A stretch of DNA of 64,000 nucleotides from positions 43,387,040 through 43,451,039 of the forward strand of contig JAHRHZ010000009.1 of assembly GCA_024137785.1 (NCBI GenBank), written 5' to 3'. The first letter of the stretch is position 1; each line of letters opens with the position of its first letter. Origin of the DNA: Ginglymostoma cirratum (taxonomy: Eukaryota). Made by a program: the position numbers and the translations under genes. This document shows positions 1-12,936 of this stretch, piece after piece. A model generated the notes under the pieces. That model ran no database searches, was not told the DNA's origin, and worked only from the letters and a program-made list of their open reading frames with translations.

Positions 1-554
1 TGCATCCTGTGAGTGAATTTCCAAAAAAGAAAATTGCTACTCTAGCAACACATTGTTAACATGAAGATCAATCACTGAAGTAGCCTACATATGAATACAT
101 GCAGATCAAACAGGACGCATAGAACTCTGGTTAGCTTATTCAAGGAACAGACTTCAGATCATGACTAATGGAGTCTATTTCAATGATATTAGTTAACCTT
201 TCAAGTCCTAACTGCTTTACACACAAATTATAGTTGAGTAATTGCTGGAGAGTGAAAGGGAGTAAGGCAGAAAACTATTGGCTGCGGAGAAAAGAAATCA
301 TCCTATTTTTCAGGGCTAGATTTGAATCTAAGCTTCATACATGAAGAGCAGGGTCTAAGCCATTGATCTACCACATCCTAAATGAGTCTGTTAATCCTGT
401 CCATATCTTTTATAAAGTCCATCTGTATCATAGCATATTTGGTGTAATACTTTAAAATAATAATGGCACCTTAGCCCATGCTCTGTTCATCTGTTAGCTG
501 GTTCACAAGCACAAGGCTATTTAGTGGGCAGTTTTCTACGTCAGTTATACCAGA

Positions 555-668
555 CTCTAAACATTAACTCTGTTTCTCTTTCTACAGATGCTGCCAAATC
601 TGCTGAGTTTCTCCAGTGTTCTGTTTTTTTTCAGACTTCCAGCATCTGCAATACTTTCCCTTTATTTA
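555..668 (+). mobile_element. Penelope-like pseudo-LTR fragment (family C)
   Basis: cattaactctgtttctct...acagatgctgccaaatctgctgagtttctccag...ttccagcatctgca matches the short repeat recurring at 14605, 24568, 35203 and 42780. Confidence 0.6.
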
Positions 669-921
669 TATGTAATGACTGACTTTGGAAACAAAAGCTA
701 GCAAGTTCTAAAATTTCATAGCCTCAAGACAAATCACAAAGTCTTCACAAATGAGACAGATCACAGCAAGTTAGATGTTTCCAAGATAGACCAGCAGCTT
801 TTAGCATTAACCATATCAGAGGCAATGAAGAAATTGTTGCAAAGTAACAGCTATAAATTTGTGCTTGTCATTTTTCCATTTAAAAAACAGTGTAAAAGGT
901 TAATTATCCATTCAATTTCAG

Positions 922-1011
922 AAGGTCTGCAGGAAACCACTGCAGAATTAACAATAATGCTGTTCAAAGCACATTTGAAACAAGAATCAGGCATTTCTAA
1001 AACTTAGCCTT
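922..1011 (+). pseudogene. Candidate exon (90 bp, phase 1-1) of an unidentified gene, with an in-frame TAG
   Basis: Acceptor ccattcaatttcag|, donor CCTT|gtaagt; reads (E)GLQETTAELTIMLFKAHLKQESGISKT*P; end phase fits the 4432 exon. Confidence 0.4.
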
Positions 1012-1129
1012 GTAAGTTATCCAATTTTTCAGCGCTCAGAAATTATTGTGCTAGTATATGTATATATTGCTTATTCATTAACAATTGAAAAAACATTCAA
1101 AGTACCTTTTTGAATCACCTATTCTAAAA

Positions 1130-1445
1130 CTAATAACGAGGCAGTTGTTTGTCTTTGCACACTTGCATGAGATGTCATAGGAGAATTTGTTAATGGCCAT
1201 TTTCCTACTGTTCGCCAGGCTGAAATCTGTTTGGAGGGATTCAGGCATGAAGGTACTGGAAAAATGGACATGGCTTTAGGAGGGAATCCTTTATTCAATG
1301 ACTTGAAAGAGAACAGGAAGATGGAAATGGGCCAAAAGTTTGCAAGGACAGAGAGAGGTCCAGGATTGCTTTTTGACATGCAAAATAATGACATTTTTGG
1401 AGGAGAGAGGGACAGTACCTGAAAACAGAGAATGGTAAAACCATT
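1130..1445 (-). mobile_element. L2-clade LINE RT relic
   Basis: Minus-strand frames give GTVPLSSKNVII..KK and SVLANFWPIS..F.FK, a degenerate form of the L2 motif GTVP..FK.A.I.P.LKK..LDP..L.NYRPISNLPF.SK. Confidence 0.6.
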
Positions 1446-2260
1446 GAGATAACAAGGTGCAGACCTGGATGAACACAACAGGCCAAGCAGCATCAGAAGA
1501 GCAGGAAAGCTGACGTTTTGGGCCTAGACCACCTTCAGAAATGGGGGAGGGGCGAAGGGGTTTCTGAAATAAATAGGGAGAAAGGGGGAGGAGGATAGAA
1601 GATGAATAGAGGAGAAGGTAGGTGGAGAGGAGACAGACAGGTCAAAGAGGGCAGAGATGGAGCCAGTAAAGGAGAGTGTAGGTGGGGATAGTATGGTCCA
1701 GGGAGGACAGACAGGTCAAGGAGATGGGATGAGGCTAGTAGGTAGGAGATGGGGGTGGGGATAGGTGGGAGGAAGGACAGGGAGGTGGGGACCAGCTGGG
1801 GTGGTTTTGGGATACGGTCGGAGGAGGGGAGATTTTGAATCTTGTGAAGTCCACATTTAGACCATTGGGCCACAGGGTTCCCAAGCAAAATATGAGGTGC
1901 TGTTCCTGCAACCTTCAGGTGGCATCATTGTGGCACTGCAGGAGGCCCAGGACGGACCTGTTGTCTGAGGAATGGGAGGGGGAGTTGAAATGGTTTGCAA
2001 CTGGGAAGTGGAGTTGTTTAGTGCGAACCCAGCATAGGTGTTCCACAAAGCAGTCCCCAAGCTTCCGTTTGGTTTCCTCGTTATAGAGGAGGCCACAGCG
2101 GGAACAGCGGATACAGTATACCACATTAGCAGATGTGCAGGTGAACATCTGCTTGATGTGGAAAGTCTTCTTGGGGCCTGGGATGGAGGTGAGGGGGGGG
2201 GTGGGGGAGGTGTAGGAGCAGGTATATAGCACTTGCATGGACAAATGCTGGGTGTGGTGT
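1446..2260 (-). mobile_element. Penelope-like retroelement (family A), 3' part with GIY-YIG endonuclease and pseudo-LTR
   Basis: ORF 1915..2244: TCTSANVVYCIRCSRCGLLYNEETKRKLGDCFVEHL...VANHFN (PLE GIY-YIG), followed by a C-rich UTR and the family-A terminal repeat. Confidence 0.9.
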
Positions 2261-4431
2261 GAGAAATATGAATCTTTAAGGCTAGGGCAGAATGGAAGTT
2301 TGGTCCAGCGAGCTCATAGTAAGGAAAAGAGCAGGAGAGACACCTAATCAAAATGGTCCCAATTTTTGTGCTGAAAACATTCATGTACATCTTGTAATGT
2401 TTGCTGGATGTTAGGAGGCTGAGGTGCAGGACAGAATAAAGAAAGGAATGCTAGGGAGATGATGAATATTAATATATTGTTACACATATTTATTAAAAGA
2501 TAGTAAAATGTATACAAGTCACCAGAAGTACCATTTTAATTATGTAACTTATACAAAGAACTAAATCATGCAAAGTTAGAACAAATTCATTTCTTGTTCC
2601 ATACATGGCTTCTTGATTTCTGAAGTGGCTATGGGATGCCCCTGCACTCTGCAGCTACCAAAGTATTCCTTAAGGATGTAACACCGAGGAGGCAACATGA
2701 TGAAGCAGCCTCCACCGCCGCTGACTGGACACAGCACATCACCTCTGCCAAAGCTTCCTCATTGCAGCTGATCCTCTAGATGCTGCCGTAGCCAGCAGAC
2801 TGTCCCAACTCTCAAGGACTAGGGTCCATCTCAACTTTCAAGAACTGATTGACTGATCAAATTAATTCCTGAGGACCAAGAGATATTATTCACGCTGCCA
2901 CCGTTGCAAACACCAAGACATCAGAGGAAAAGAATGGACACCAATTCATCGATATTGGTACAGTTGTTCAAGCCACGACCAGCTACTCAACAGCTCCTCA
3001 ATCTCTCTCCACCACTGTAGCCGCAGATAGAAAAAGATTAATTTGATTCAAAAGTCAAATAAAGAAATATAAAATAAATAAAAAGTAAAGATAGATGCAG
3101 TCAGTCATGCAAGAGGGAGCAATGGGCCAAAAACCCAAAACACCTGCAGCTTCTGTCATCTCCTTGCATTGTCAGAGATTCCTGGAATAATGAGCAGCTT
3201 GGGCAGATGACAGCAGGACTAATAATGCTCTCTCTGGTCTGGCCAGCTTTGTAATGAATGTTTATGCCAGTTAGCCAACATATCCCTTCAAGTCTGCATC
3301 CCTCAGACTTAAGGGAATGAAAATTAGGGTTTACAGGAATAAATGATCAGAGGAATAAATGACCTTAATTGGAGCTGTGGCATGAATGGGGAGTGTGAAG
3401 TTGTATTTGAGTGTCCCAGCATCTTGAGGAATATTGTATTGAATGGAAGAGAGTTGGCTTTGTTGAAAGTACAGTTGTTAATGATTAGATATTTTCCAGA
3501 CCAGGAACAAGACAGAAGTCAAAAGAGAGCTGTTGGTATTGAGCAATTGAGGGAAGAGATTGGGGATTGTCTGTGATTCTTATGATGAAGTCAACAAGGC
3601 CACATGTGTTAGCAAGGTCAAAGAAGTAGATTGTGAATATGGATAAGAGGCTGATATGGAGGGAAAGTTTATTGAAGGATAGAAGAAACTTGAACTCAAG
3701 AAAGAGTGAGATGGATTGAAATCATCATAGGATTGAAAGTATTCAAAACCAATATTGAGGGAAGAAAGCAATGAATATGTTTGAGAGGGATAGTTATTAG
3801 AATATCAATTAATCTAATTAAAATTACTTTTACGATGCAAAGAAAGGAAATGTAAAATTCACACAACAGAACGGTGTTGCATGCTATCGTCAATATAATG
3901 CAATAATAACCAGAGCTGTTCAGGACTTGTTGAAAATGGGTAAAATCTCAAAAAAAAACCCTTTATTATTTGCAATTGTGTTCTGTCACCCTCAGATATT
4001 TAATATTGTGAATCATGATTTTTATATCTAATGATAGTGTCACTAGAAAGCATTGTAAGGGAAACTTATGATTCATAAATATTTTTGTAGCATTTAAAAT
4101 TATTTAATCTAGATATTCACATATAAATGTTCACTTCTCCTTTTGAGGTAGATCAAGACATCATTTTCAGCATTTTAGTATCCCAGAACACAGCTCTTGT
4201 AGATGATCTCTGAATTTGTTAGAATAAAATGGACTGCAATTTAAGCACTTAGATAGCTGAACAAAAACAAAACCTGAGACTGGAAATAATGTGCAACAAG
4301 AAGCTACAATTTTCACAGTATTTGGATCTTAATTCTTTTTTAGCTATAATTTGTGACCTTTGTGGTAATTCAAAAGTCGATTTTAGCTTTCCTAGCTGTT
4401 CTCTGCTCGCACTAGCCTTTCATTTGTGCAG

Positions 4432-4503
4432 ATGCAATTCAAAATATTAATTCCTCTGAAACTTCTCATTTTTGCAATCTACTTCAACTATTTCTAAAGA
4501 ATG
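4432..4503 (+). CDS. Candidate exon (72 bp, phase 1-1) of an unidentified gene
   Basis: Acceptor cctttcatttgtgcag|, donor AATG|gtgtgc (weak); open frame AIQNINSSETSHFCNLLQLFLKN; joins the 12878 exon in frame. Confidence 0.45.
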
Positions 4504-4994
4504 GTGTGCCACTGTTTTTTGCCTTGTGTCTGGCATAGTGAACCAGAGATATCCTTAATGAAAAGTTGATTTTGGGATAAGCTCCTGCATTTTATCAGTA
4601 TTACAAAATGCAACTTAGCATAGGGAATAAGAAATGCTTTCTTTGGACTTGATTTAAAGTGCTAAATTTTAAAATTTGTCTATAGATAAAATCCATTTTC
4701 TTACATGACAAATTATATTAATGACAACTAGATTAGATGAACATGTTTCTTCTAGAACTCAAAGAAAATAAAAATTATCAGAATGTAGCCATATGCCACA
4801 TGGGAGGCTTATTTCAATGAAACATCTGAAAAAAAAAAAGCACTTTGATTTCTGTCCAATACAATTGTCTATCAAAAATCAAAGAGCAAGACAGTCTGGC
4901 GAGAAAAGAATCAGAATAGTCAGGTAAGCTTGGAAAAATGGATTATGTGAATTGCATGGGCTGCAAAACAAAAACAAAGACCAAGATGATATAA

Positions 4995-5140
4995 TAAAAT
5001 AAAAAACAGAACCGAGGATGCTGGAAATCAGAAACAAACAGAAATTGCTGAAGAAACCAGTAGGTCTGGAGTTCTGAGGAAGGAACACTGGACCAAAAAT
5101 CTCAGATGTTGAGTTACTCCAGCAATGTTTGTTTTTGTGA
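4995..5140. mobile_element. Palindromic mini Penelope-derived element (family C)
   Basis: aaacaaacagaaattgctgaagaaacc...gagttactccagcaatgtttgttttt forms inverted arms of the family-C repeat. Confidence 0.6.
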
Positions 5141-5566
5141 CCCACAAAATTATCATAGACAAGTAAAGATGTTGAAATTTGAAAACTGCACTGTCCACTT
5201 ACTTTGCCTGATTCAAACAGTGTGTAAATGACTTGTAATATTTACATTGCAGTCAGCAGAATTGTGCTGTCAATTGCTTTTGTGCGTCAAATAGCACTGA
5301 ATTAATAAAATTTGTAGAAAAGTGCTGCACTAGCCAGACACTGGACCTTGTTGTTATATTTGATTTATTTTACCCTTTTTACAATCAGCTCTGGTTCCAT
5401 GTTTCAGGCTTCTCTCAAGAATACTGGCAGTTGCATGATAGAAACATATCCTCAGTACACCTGCTTTTTAAACAAATGTAAGCAAAAGGGACATTGATTT
5501 CAGGGTGCAACACCCAGTTCCGAGGCTGACTGAATCAGGTCATGTTACAGGAATCCAGGGTTCTCC

Positions 5567-5905
5567 TTTCTTTTGCTTTTATGGGATGAGAGTGTTGTTG
5601 GCAAGGCCTGTATTTATTTCCCACCCCTATTTCTTGTCTGAACCCATCGGCTTGCTGGGCCATTCCAAAAGGAAATTCAGAGTCAGCCATGTTGCTGACG
5701 GTCTAGATCCACCCAGATCGCTTGATTACATCAGACTCTGTGTCCCTAAAGGACATTAGTTTCTAGATAATTTTTACCGCAATTGATAATGGTGGACATT
5801 GCCTCCATGACTGAAACCATCTATATATTCCAGAATTATTATTTGAATTTAAACTCCAGCAGCCAGCATTTGTTTGGGCTTACTAATCCACAGCACCACC
5901 ACCCC
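5567..5905 (-). mobile_element. DeuSINE-type (SacSINE1-like) SINE, degenerate
   Basis: gagtcagccatgttgctg..ggtctag..., cctaaaggacattagt; same family as the copy at 9061. Confidence 0.6.
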
Positions 5906-5909
5906 ACTT

Positions 5910-6180
5910 GTAAAAGAACAAGACAGCATAGATTTCAAGTGATCCGCCAAAGACGCAAAGGTGAAGTGAGAACAAGCTTTTTCACTCAACGAGCACTTAT
6001 GGAATGTGTTGCCTGAAAGTGTGATGGAGGCAGGTTCAACTGAGATGTTCAAGAGAGCATTACACAGTTATTTGAAGAATAACATGCAAGAATATGGGGG
6101 ACAAAGCAAGCAATTGGAATGAGTTAATAATGCCAACTCAACAAGCTCCCTCCATGCCATAACAGTAATTGATTCTGCTT
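5910..6180 (+). mobile_element. CR1 LINE 3' fragment
   Basis: Reads TCKRTRQHRFQVI...GEVRTSFFTQR, the CR1 ORF2 C-terminal motif (TRGH..K...R..FFTQRVV..WN.LP). Confidence 0.7.
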
Positions 6181-8109
6181 TAACAATACCATTTTTTGCT
6201 TAAATCAGGCATTAGACTCTTTGTTAACAAGGGACATAAGGGGCTTCTTTATTTTAGAAACTGGCCCATCCTGAGTGAAGTAGGATAAGGTGGTGCCTTG
6301 CTGATGTACTGCCAATTAACTGGTAAGTGGAAAATTGTTTTGTTTCAATCAAGGGGCTCTTCAGCTGGTTCCACTGTATTCCAGATAGCTACTGTCAGCT
6401 GCAAATAGCTTCAATACCATTGACCTTTCAGCATTTACAAGATTTATTCTGGTAAGTGAGGCAACACTAAATTTCATTTGTCCATTGGAGGCACAGCAAG
6501 CAGCACCCACTCCAAGAATTTTGATGAAAACAAGGCAAAAATTCATGTAAACTGCAGGTCTTCTTTTTCATTTACTTTCTGTTTACATGTGATATAACAA
6601 ACCCCAGGAGCAACTGGGACTTGAAATTGGGTCCTCTGGCCCAGAATTAGGGTCACTTCTATTACATCACAACAGAGACTCCCTAGTGATAACTTTTAAA
6701 CATATTTTCTAATCAACCCACTTAGAGATGTTACTACTTACCTTTGGAGGGGTGGGGCTTGAACCAAGGCTTGCTGGTGCACGATGTAGGAACACTACCA
6801 TTGCTCCCCAACCCATTGCAGATGGTCTTTTTCTTTCTTTTATATCCAGAAGTGTTCTTGCACACAATTGAATGGTTTTCTTCCCAACAAGAAATCACCT
6901 GTGGTACATTTGACCTATTTTCCACCATTAATAATTATTCGTGTCTCAAATTAATCATTTTATGCACAAAGCTTGCCAAAGGCAATATGATAGCTCCTAA
7001 TAGTGAGAGAAGTAGGCAGAGAGGGAAGAGATTAAATCAAAATTGATTTGGAGAAGGAAATAAAGCATTCCATCCCCTGCGTGGCCATCTCCCTCTAAAA
7101 GCTTAGAGACTACAGGTAGATACTGCATGCCCCCCCCTCATCAAGGGCACCCTGTCATGTACATATCCATGGACAAGAGGGTAACCCTCTCCATGACCTA
7201 CTGTCTGGACCTGTTAATGGCTAACTTGGCCAGGCATATGTCCAGGCCCACGAGGGTGCCTTCCAAATTGTGTGTCCCTCAACACTAAATGTCCAAAGAC
7301 CAGAAACAAGGGGCTGAACTGCAACCAAAAGATTTTTCAGATAACTAAAAAAGGGTATAACTGCCCTCAACCAATATATGCATGATCCATGGACTCTGCT
7401 GCACCATGCAGATTTTTTTGGTTTTTTTATATCTAAAAATGCATTCATGCACAACTTTCATCCCACCACCAAACTATCCATGATAGTTTTCACCTAGAGT
7501 CCATCACCACTAAATCAACGACATTTCCAATTAATCAATTTGTCTGCAAAGCAGACCAGGGGTAGTGCAATATCACCAAAGGTGAGGGACAGGTGAAAGA
7601 TGGCAGGAAATCAAAACACAATGTAGTTGCAGTGGGAGAAAAGATATTCCAACCCCACTGCTTTTTTTTCATAAAGTGTCCTCCATTGACATCCTCCGTA
7701 TATAGAGATCATCAGTAAGGGCTTTAGCTTTTCACTCACATTGACAGCGACTGTGACTAGACCCATAGAACCAGAAATAGGTGGCTGAAGTGAAGATCAC
7801 TTGATGCTAATCCACAAGTTTGGCACAGTGATCCAAACCCAGAGGTGTCAAAGTGAAGGTCAGTGGTACTAAGCCGCTGAGGATGATATCCTTTCTTACC
7901 ATTCTCTGTAAAGAGTTTTGTTCAATAAACACTTACACTTCTGATATTGTCTGGGATAAATGAAACTGCATTGAAGTCAAGTGAGTCTTTTTTTTTTCTT
8001 GTTGATACCATCAGTACTTGCCAGAGGCTGAGTTGGCACATATGCCCTTTAGGACTTGACCAACTTGTTCAGATGTGATTGTTTTTGTTGTATAACAGTA
8101 ATTTTTTTG

Positions 8110-9620
8110 CCACAAATGGTTAGTGTACAAGTTAAGGTCAAATGGGGTTAGGAGTAATATATTAGGTTGGCTGAAGGATTAGCTAACCAACAGACAGTGG
8201 AGAATTGGGAATCAATGAAACTTTTTCTATTTGGCAACCTTTAACTAGTGGAGTGCAACAGTGTCCTATCCTTGAACCCCAACCATATACAATCTATATT
8301 CGTAACTTGGATGCAAGGATGGAATATCATTGCCAAATTTATAGAAGACACTGACATAGATGGGACAGTAAGTTACAGTGAAAAAATGAGAAATTTACAA
8401 ATAGGTTAGTCAAACGGATTACATTTAGCCGATAAAATGTAACACGGATAAGTGTTGTTATCTATTTTGGTCAGGAGAATAAAAAGACAAATTATCTAAA
8501 TGGAATAAAAACTTCAAAAATGTTTCAGTGCAGAGGTACTTTGGTGTCCTCGCGCTTGAATTACAGAAGGTTAGCATGCAACAGCAGCAGAAATAAGGAG
8601 GCAAATTTTGGCATTTATTGTTAAACGAATAGTGTATAAACATTGGGGAGTGTTATTACAATATAAGGAGTATTTCGTGCAGTTTTGGTCCATTTATTTG
8701 AGGAGGAATATTGTTGTATTGTAGGCACTTTAGAGAAGAGTGACTAGATTAATTTCAGAGATGAAATGCTTGCCTTATGAAGAGAGATTGAGCAGTCTAG
8801 GCCTATACTTGCGAGAGTTTAGAAGAATGAGAAGATTTAATTTAGGTATACAAGATGCAAAAGGGGATTCACAAATTAGACAGAGTTGTTTCCCCTTGTG
8901 GGGAAATCTAGAATGATCTGTTAAATCTTTAGGTTGAGGGTGGCAGATATAAAACAGATGAGGAGGAAGTGCTTCTCAAAGGAATTCATGACCCCAGAAT
9001 GTGTTGGAAGCCAGGTCACTGAGTATATTTAAAGGAGGTGATTGACAGATTGTGTGTTTAATCTTTATTCCCGAACAGGATGAGGGTGTCACTGGCTAGG
9101 CAGCATTTAGGGTCCATCCTTAATTGCCCAGTTCAGAGTCAACCACATTGCTGTGAATCTGGAGTCACATGTCGGCCAGACCAGTAAGGATGGCACATTC
9201 CTTTCCTAAAAGGACATTAGCGAACCAGATGTGTTTTTCCAACAATCAATGTATTCACAGTCATCATTAGATTCTTAATTCCAGATATTTATTGAATTCA
9301 AATTCCACCATTCCTGCTCCTATGATGCTGCTTGACCTGCTGTGTTCATCCAGCCCCATGCTTGTTATCTCCACCATCTGCCATGATGGGATTCAAGCCT
9401 GGGTCCCCAGAACGTTATCTGGGTCTCTGGGTTAACAGTCCAGTGATAACACCACTAGGCTATCTCCTCCACTGTAATCAGTAATGGGTTAAGGGCTATA
9501 AGGAATAGGCAGGAAAGTGGAGTTGAGGTCAAGAGGAGATCAGCCATGATTATATTAAATGGCAGATGAGGTCTATGGGGCTTACTTGCTTAATCCTGCT
9601 CCTAGTTCTCATGCTGTTAT
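8110..9620 (+). mobile_element. CR1 LINE, degenerate 3' half, interrupted by a SINE
   Basis: actagtggagtgcaacag (SGVPQG-like) and gccaaattt (KFADD-like) relics; CR1 3' UTR agatcagccatgat...cctgctcctagttctcatg. Confidence 0.8.
9061..9470 (-). mobile_element. DeuSINE-type SINE, near full length, carrying a 58-bp Penelope insert (9312-9369)
   Basis: Deu-domain-like gagtcaaccacattgctgtgaatctggagtcacatgtcggccagacc; tRNA-like head at the right end; insert flanked by tccaccat at 9304-9311 and 9370-9377. Confidence 0.8.
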
Positions 9621-10199
9621 GCAATGGGTCAGAGGGGCAAATGATTATGTTACATTGGTTCCATACATTCTACACAGTAGGATGAGTGGAGGCAATGAAT
9701 CCTTTTCTGTACCAGCTCCCTAAGGTCTTTGTAATTATGCCTGACCAAGTGTATTTGTGTTTATTGCGATCATGAAATAAATCTTTTTGTTAACCCTCTC
9801 TCGTAGAGGTTCCCCCAACTATTCTAATCAATAAACAGGCAGGACAAAGCAAAGACAAAGAAGGATTGGTGACAGCAACAGTTAAATAGCACTTACCCAC
9901 CATAATCCTGGTAGATGTGACAAACAGCACAAGCACCAGGAGTGGTCATCTGGGAAAATGTCACAGTTGCTCGGTCCCAGCTGATAGTAATATTGGATAA
10001 GTTAGATCTTAGTGAAGCCTGGCTTGACAGTCTATAAGTTTACTTTTGCTTACTGAGAAAGTCAGTCATTGAACATATTCACATTGCATTGCCAATGCAC
10101 TTTTATAAAAAGAACAAAAGTTTAATATATTAAAGAAATTTACAAAAGTATGTTCATGATAGGTTGTGGTGACAGAAGAGAGTGTTGTCATTCAAAGGG

Positions 10200-10532
10200 A
10201 CCAAAATTGATAAGTAAAAATGTTGGATAGACAGTTGATATTTAAAGATGAAAAGGCACAGGGAGCAGATGAAATGCATTCAAGTATATAGAAGGTGTGT
10301 AGAAATTGCAGGGGCAATTCAGTCTTCATTACACTCAGAGGAAGGTCAGAGATTCAAAAAAGGTTGTAAGCAAAACCCCACCAGTAACACAGCAGTCAGT
10401 TTAACTTCAATGGTAGAAGAGATTCTAAAAACATTCATTCAGGTTTGAATTAATAGCCGAATGGGGGAAAAAAGTATGGGTTGTTTCTGAAGAGTCAGCA
10501 CGGAATCCATTCAGGTTTGAATTAATGGTCAA

Positions 10533-10566
<34 letters not shown>

Positions 10567-11435
10567 TGGTTTGTTTCTGAAGAGTCAGCATAGATTCCTG
10601 AAAGGGAAATCAAGTTTAACTGATTGCTGGAACTTTTTGAAGAGAATTAATGAGTGTAAAACTGTAGCATAATGCACATGGACTTTGATAATTCATTTGA
10701 CAATGTGCCACATAACAGACTTGTTAACAACATTCATACTGTCCCTTTTCTTCCGTAAGTTGTAAAGTGGATGCAAAACTGGCTGAGTGATAGAAAACAG
10801 GTATTAATGGTCAATGAATACTTTTCAGGCTGGAGGAAGGTTTGTAGTAAAAATCCTGAGGTCAGCATTCAGACCCTTGCTTTTCTTCGTAATATTAATA
10901 ATCTGGATCTTACTATGCAGGAGAAAATTTTAAGTTTACAAATTACAATAAACTTGGAAGTGTTGCAAACTGTGGGAAGGACTGTGTAAAGCCCTGAAAC
11001 CAAAATGAGGAGTTGGTAGCTTGAGCATATAGGTGACAGACGAAGGTTAATGTGGAGAATTGTAGAACAATGCATATGGTTGGAAGAAGTTGGACATTCA
11101 ATATAAAATAGGGAGTACAATAACTTAGGAGTGAAGAAATGTGCACAAATTACTGTAGGTGGCAGGATCGGTCCAGAGCAGTTAATAAGGGCATGGAATA
11201 CAAAAGCAAGGAGGCAGTACTGAACTTTAGAAGACATTTGTTAGTCCTTAGTTGGGAGGCCATGTACAGGTCTGGGCACTGCACTGTATGAAAGATATGG
11301 ACACATTGCAGAGGAAGTTTGCAAGAATAGTTCTCAGGGATAAGAAACTTCAGTTATGAGGATAGATTAGAGCAGTTGGAACTATTATTCTCAGAGAGAA
11401 GGCAGCTAAGAGGAAATCTGATAAAAATTTGCAAG
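10200..11435 (+). mobile_element. CR1 LINE, old and degenerate, with internal tandem duplication
   Basis: ORFs give VSLTSMVEEILK and MQNWLSDRKQVLMVNEYFSGWRKV (CR1 RT motifs). Confidence 0.8.
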
Positions 11436-12877
11436 GAAAATGTTGTGAGTGTAAATCAAAGGATGATTCCTGATTGAAACTGTTACTATTCTTCAAGTCA
11501 GAATGTTTCAGTAAAATTTTCTCCCATGCATTATTAATATTGCTTGCAATCCAATCCCCAGAAACTCAGCATGCCTTTATCCAGTCAACTGTTTTGTTTT
11601 AAAAGTGCTTCATTAGAAGAGGCAAAGAATCTCTTTGTGGTTGTGTTGAGGCTATTTCAAGCTAGAATCCATCATTGCAGTTTAATATTAGTTGTTGACC
11701 TCACTCAATGTCTCTGAGCTGCATTGGCAAAGGAAGTTCACATTACTTACATACCTCAGTGCCCTGGATATCCTTGGTATCAGCACACAGTAGATGAAGC
11801 CTATGAAAGCAACAAGGCAGACTAGCTTTCCCTCCTTTAGGGAAAATCCAGAGAACCACAAGCCAGTGATGCAGTCAATAAACCAGTAGCCAGCTTTTCA
11901 CTAAGATCAGGACCATCTCACTGTAACAACCATTCCCTGTTCACCCCCACTTCCAACCCAACCCTTCAACTTGGAGGCTATCACCAGAACAGCAGTCAGT
12001 GGAGACCTAGGAGCACAGACAAACGCAGGATAGAGGCAGATAATTCTCAGAGAGGAAATTTAGGTGGGGTTCACAGGGTAGGGAAAAGTAGTGGGTGCAT
12101 TTTCATTGGACACACCACTAGCCAATATCAGATCCTGCAATCAGGCACTGATTGCTTTTAAATGAAATACACCTCCACACCAATCCCCAATTCCTGCAAG
12201 ATAATATGCAGCATGTGGAGATTTTCTGTTGCACCTCCTTTGTCAAAACAAACCTACTTGAAGCCGCTTTAATTCCAGTGCTGGCTCAATGAATCCCCTA
12301 AGTTGTATGAGATTTTCACTTAACAGTCTCAATTATCAGTGGCATGTATCACCCTAGACTTAATCATGTATGGGTAAGAATATAACTGGGCACTCAGTCA
12401 TCACAATCACACTTGATTAAGTGGATTTCCCACTTCTAAGCACGCCATTAAGAACAACAAAAGATTCTACCAAATGAAGTGAAGTATCTTTTTTGCTGAG
12501 GAAGAATGATGCATTGTATAAATGAGCTCTGGTATATGTTGACCTCGCTGTTTATTTTATATAGTTAAGTGTGTCATTTGGCCATGTTGACAGGGTGATT
12601 GGTATGGATTGAAAAGGGATAAATACAACCAGCTTCATATGATGTTACTTTCATGTATATTTGATGTACTTCAATTGAAGTGCATGCATTGAATATCATG
12701 GTCAAATGTCGAATTAGTAGGACAGCTGTGAGTGAACTTCTATTTACTGTATTCAGACTGGTCTGCGGAGTATATTGTATTCATATTGGATTGTCTAACA
12801 TGAGGTCAATAAAGACCATATACAATCCCTTTAACGTTTGCTCCTCATTCTAATGGATTTATGTTTTTTCTTTTCAG

Positions 12878-12936
12878 TAACTCTTGCTTTGCAAGAGATT
12901 TCTAAATGGAATCTTTACATGATTGAAATATCAAAG
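12878..12936 (+). CDS. Candidate exon (59 bp, phase 1-0) of an unidentified gene
   Basis: Strong acceptor gttttttcttttcag|, donor AAG|gtattg; only one open frame, (V)TLALQEISKWNLYMIEISK. Confidence 0.6.

Noticed and set aside
6365-6451. Plus-strand exon candidate (TCTG|gtaagt)
   Set aside because: The only long open frame is phase 2-2, incompatible with the neighbouring phase-1 exons; the acceptor is ambiguous.
9896-9980. Minus-strand exon candidate with a GTAAGT donor
   Set aside because: No phase-compatible partner exons or recognisable peptide found.
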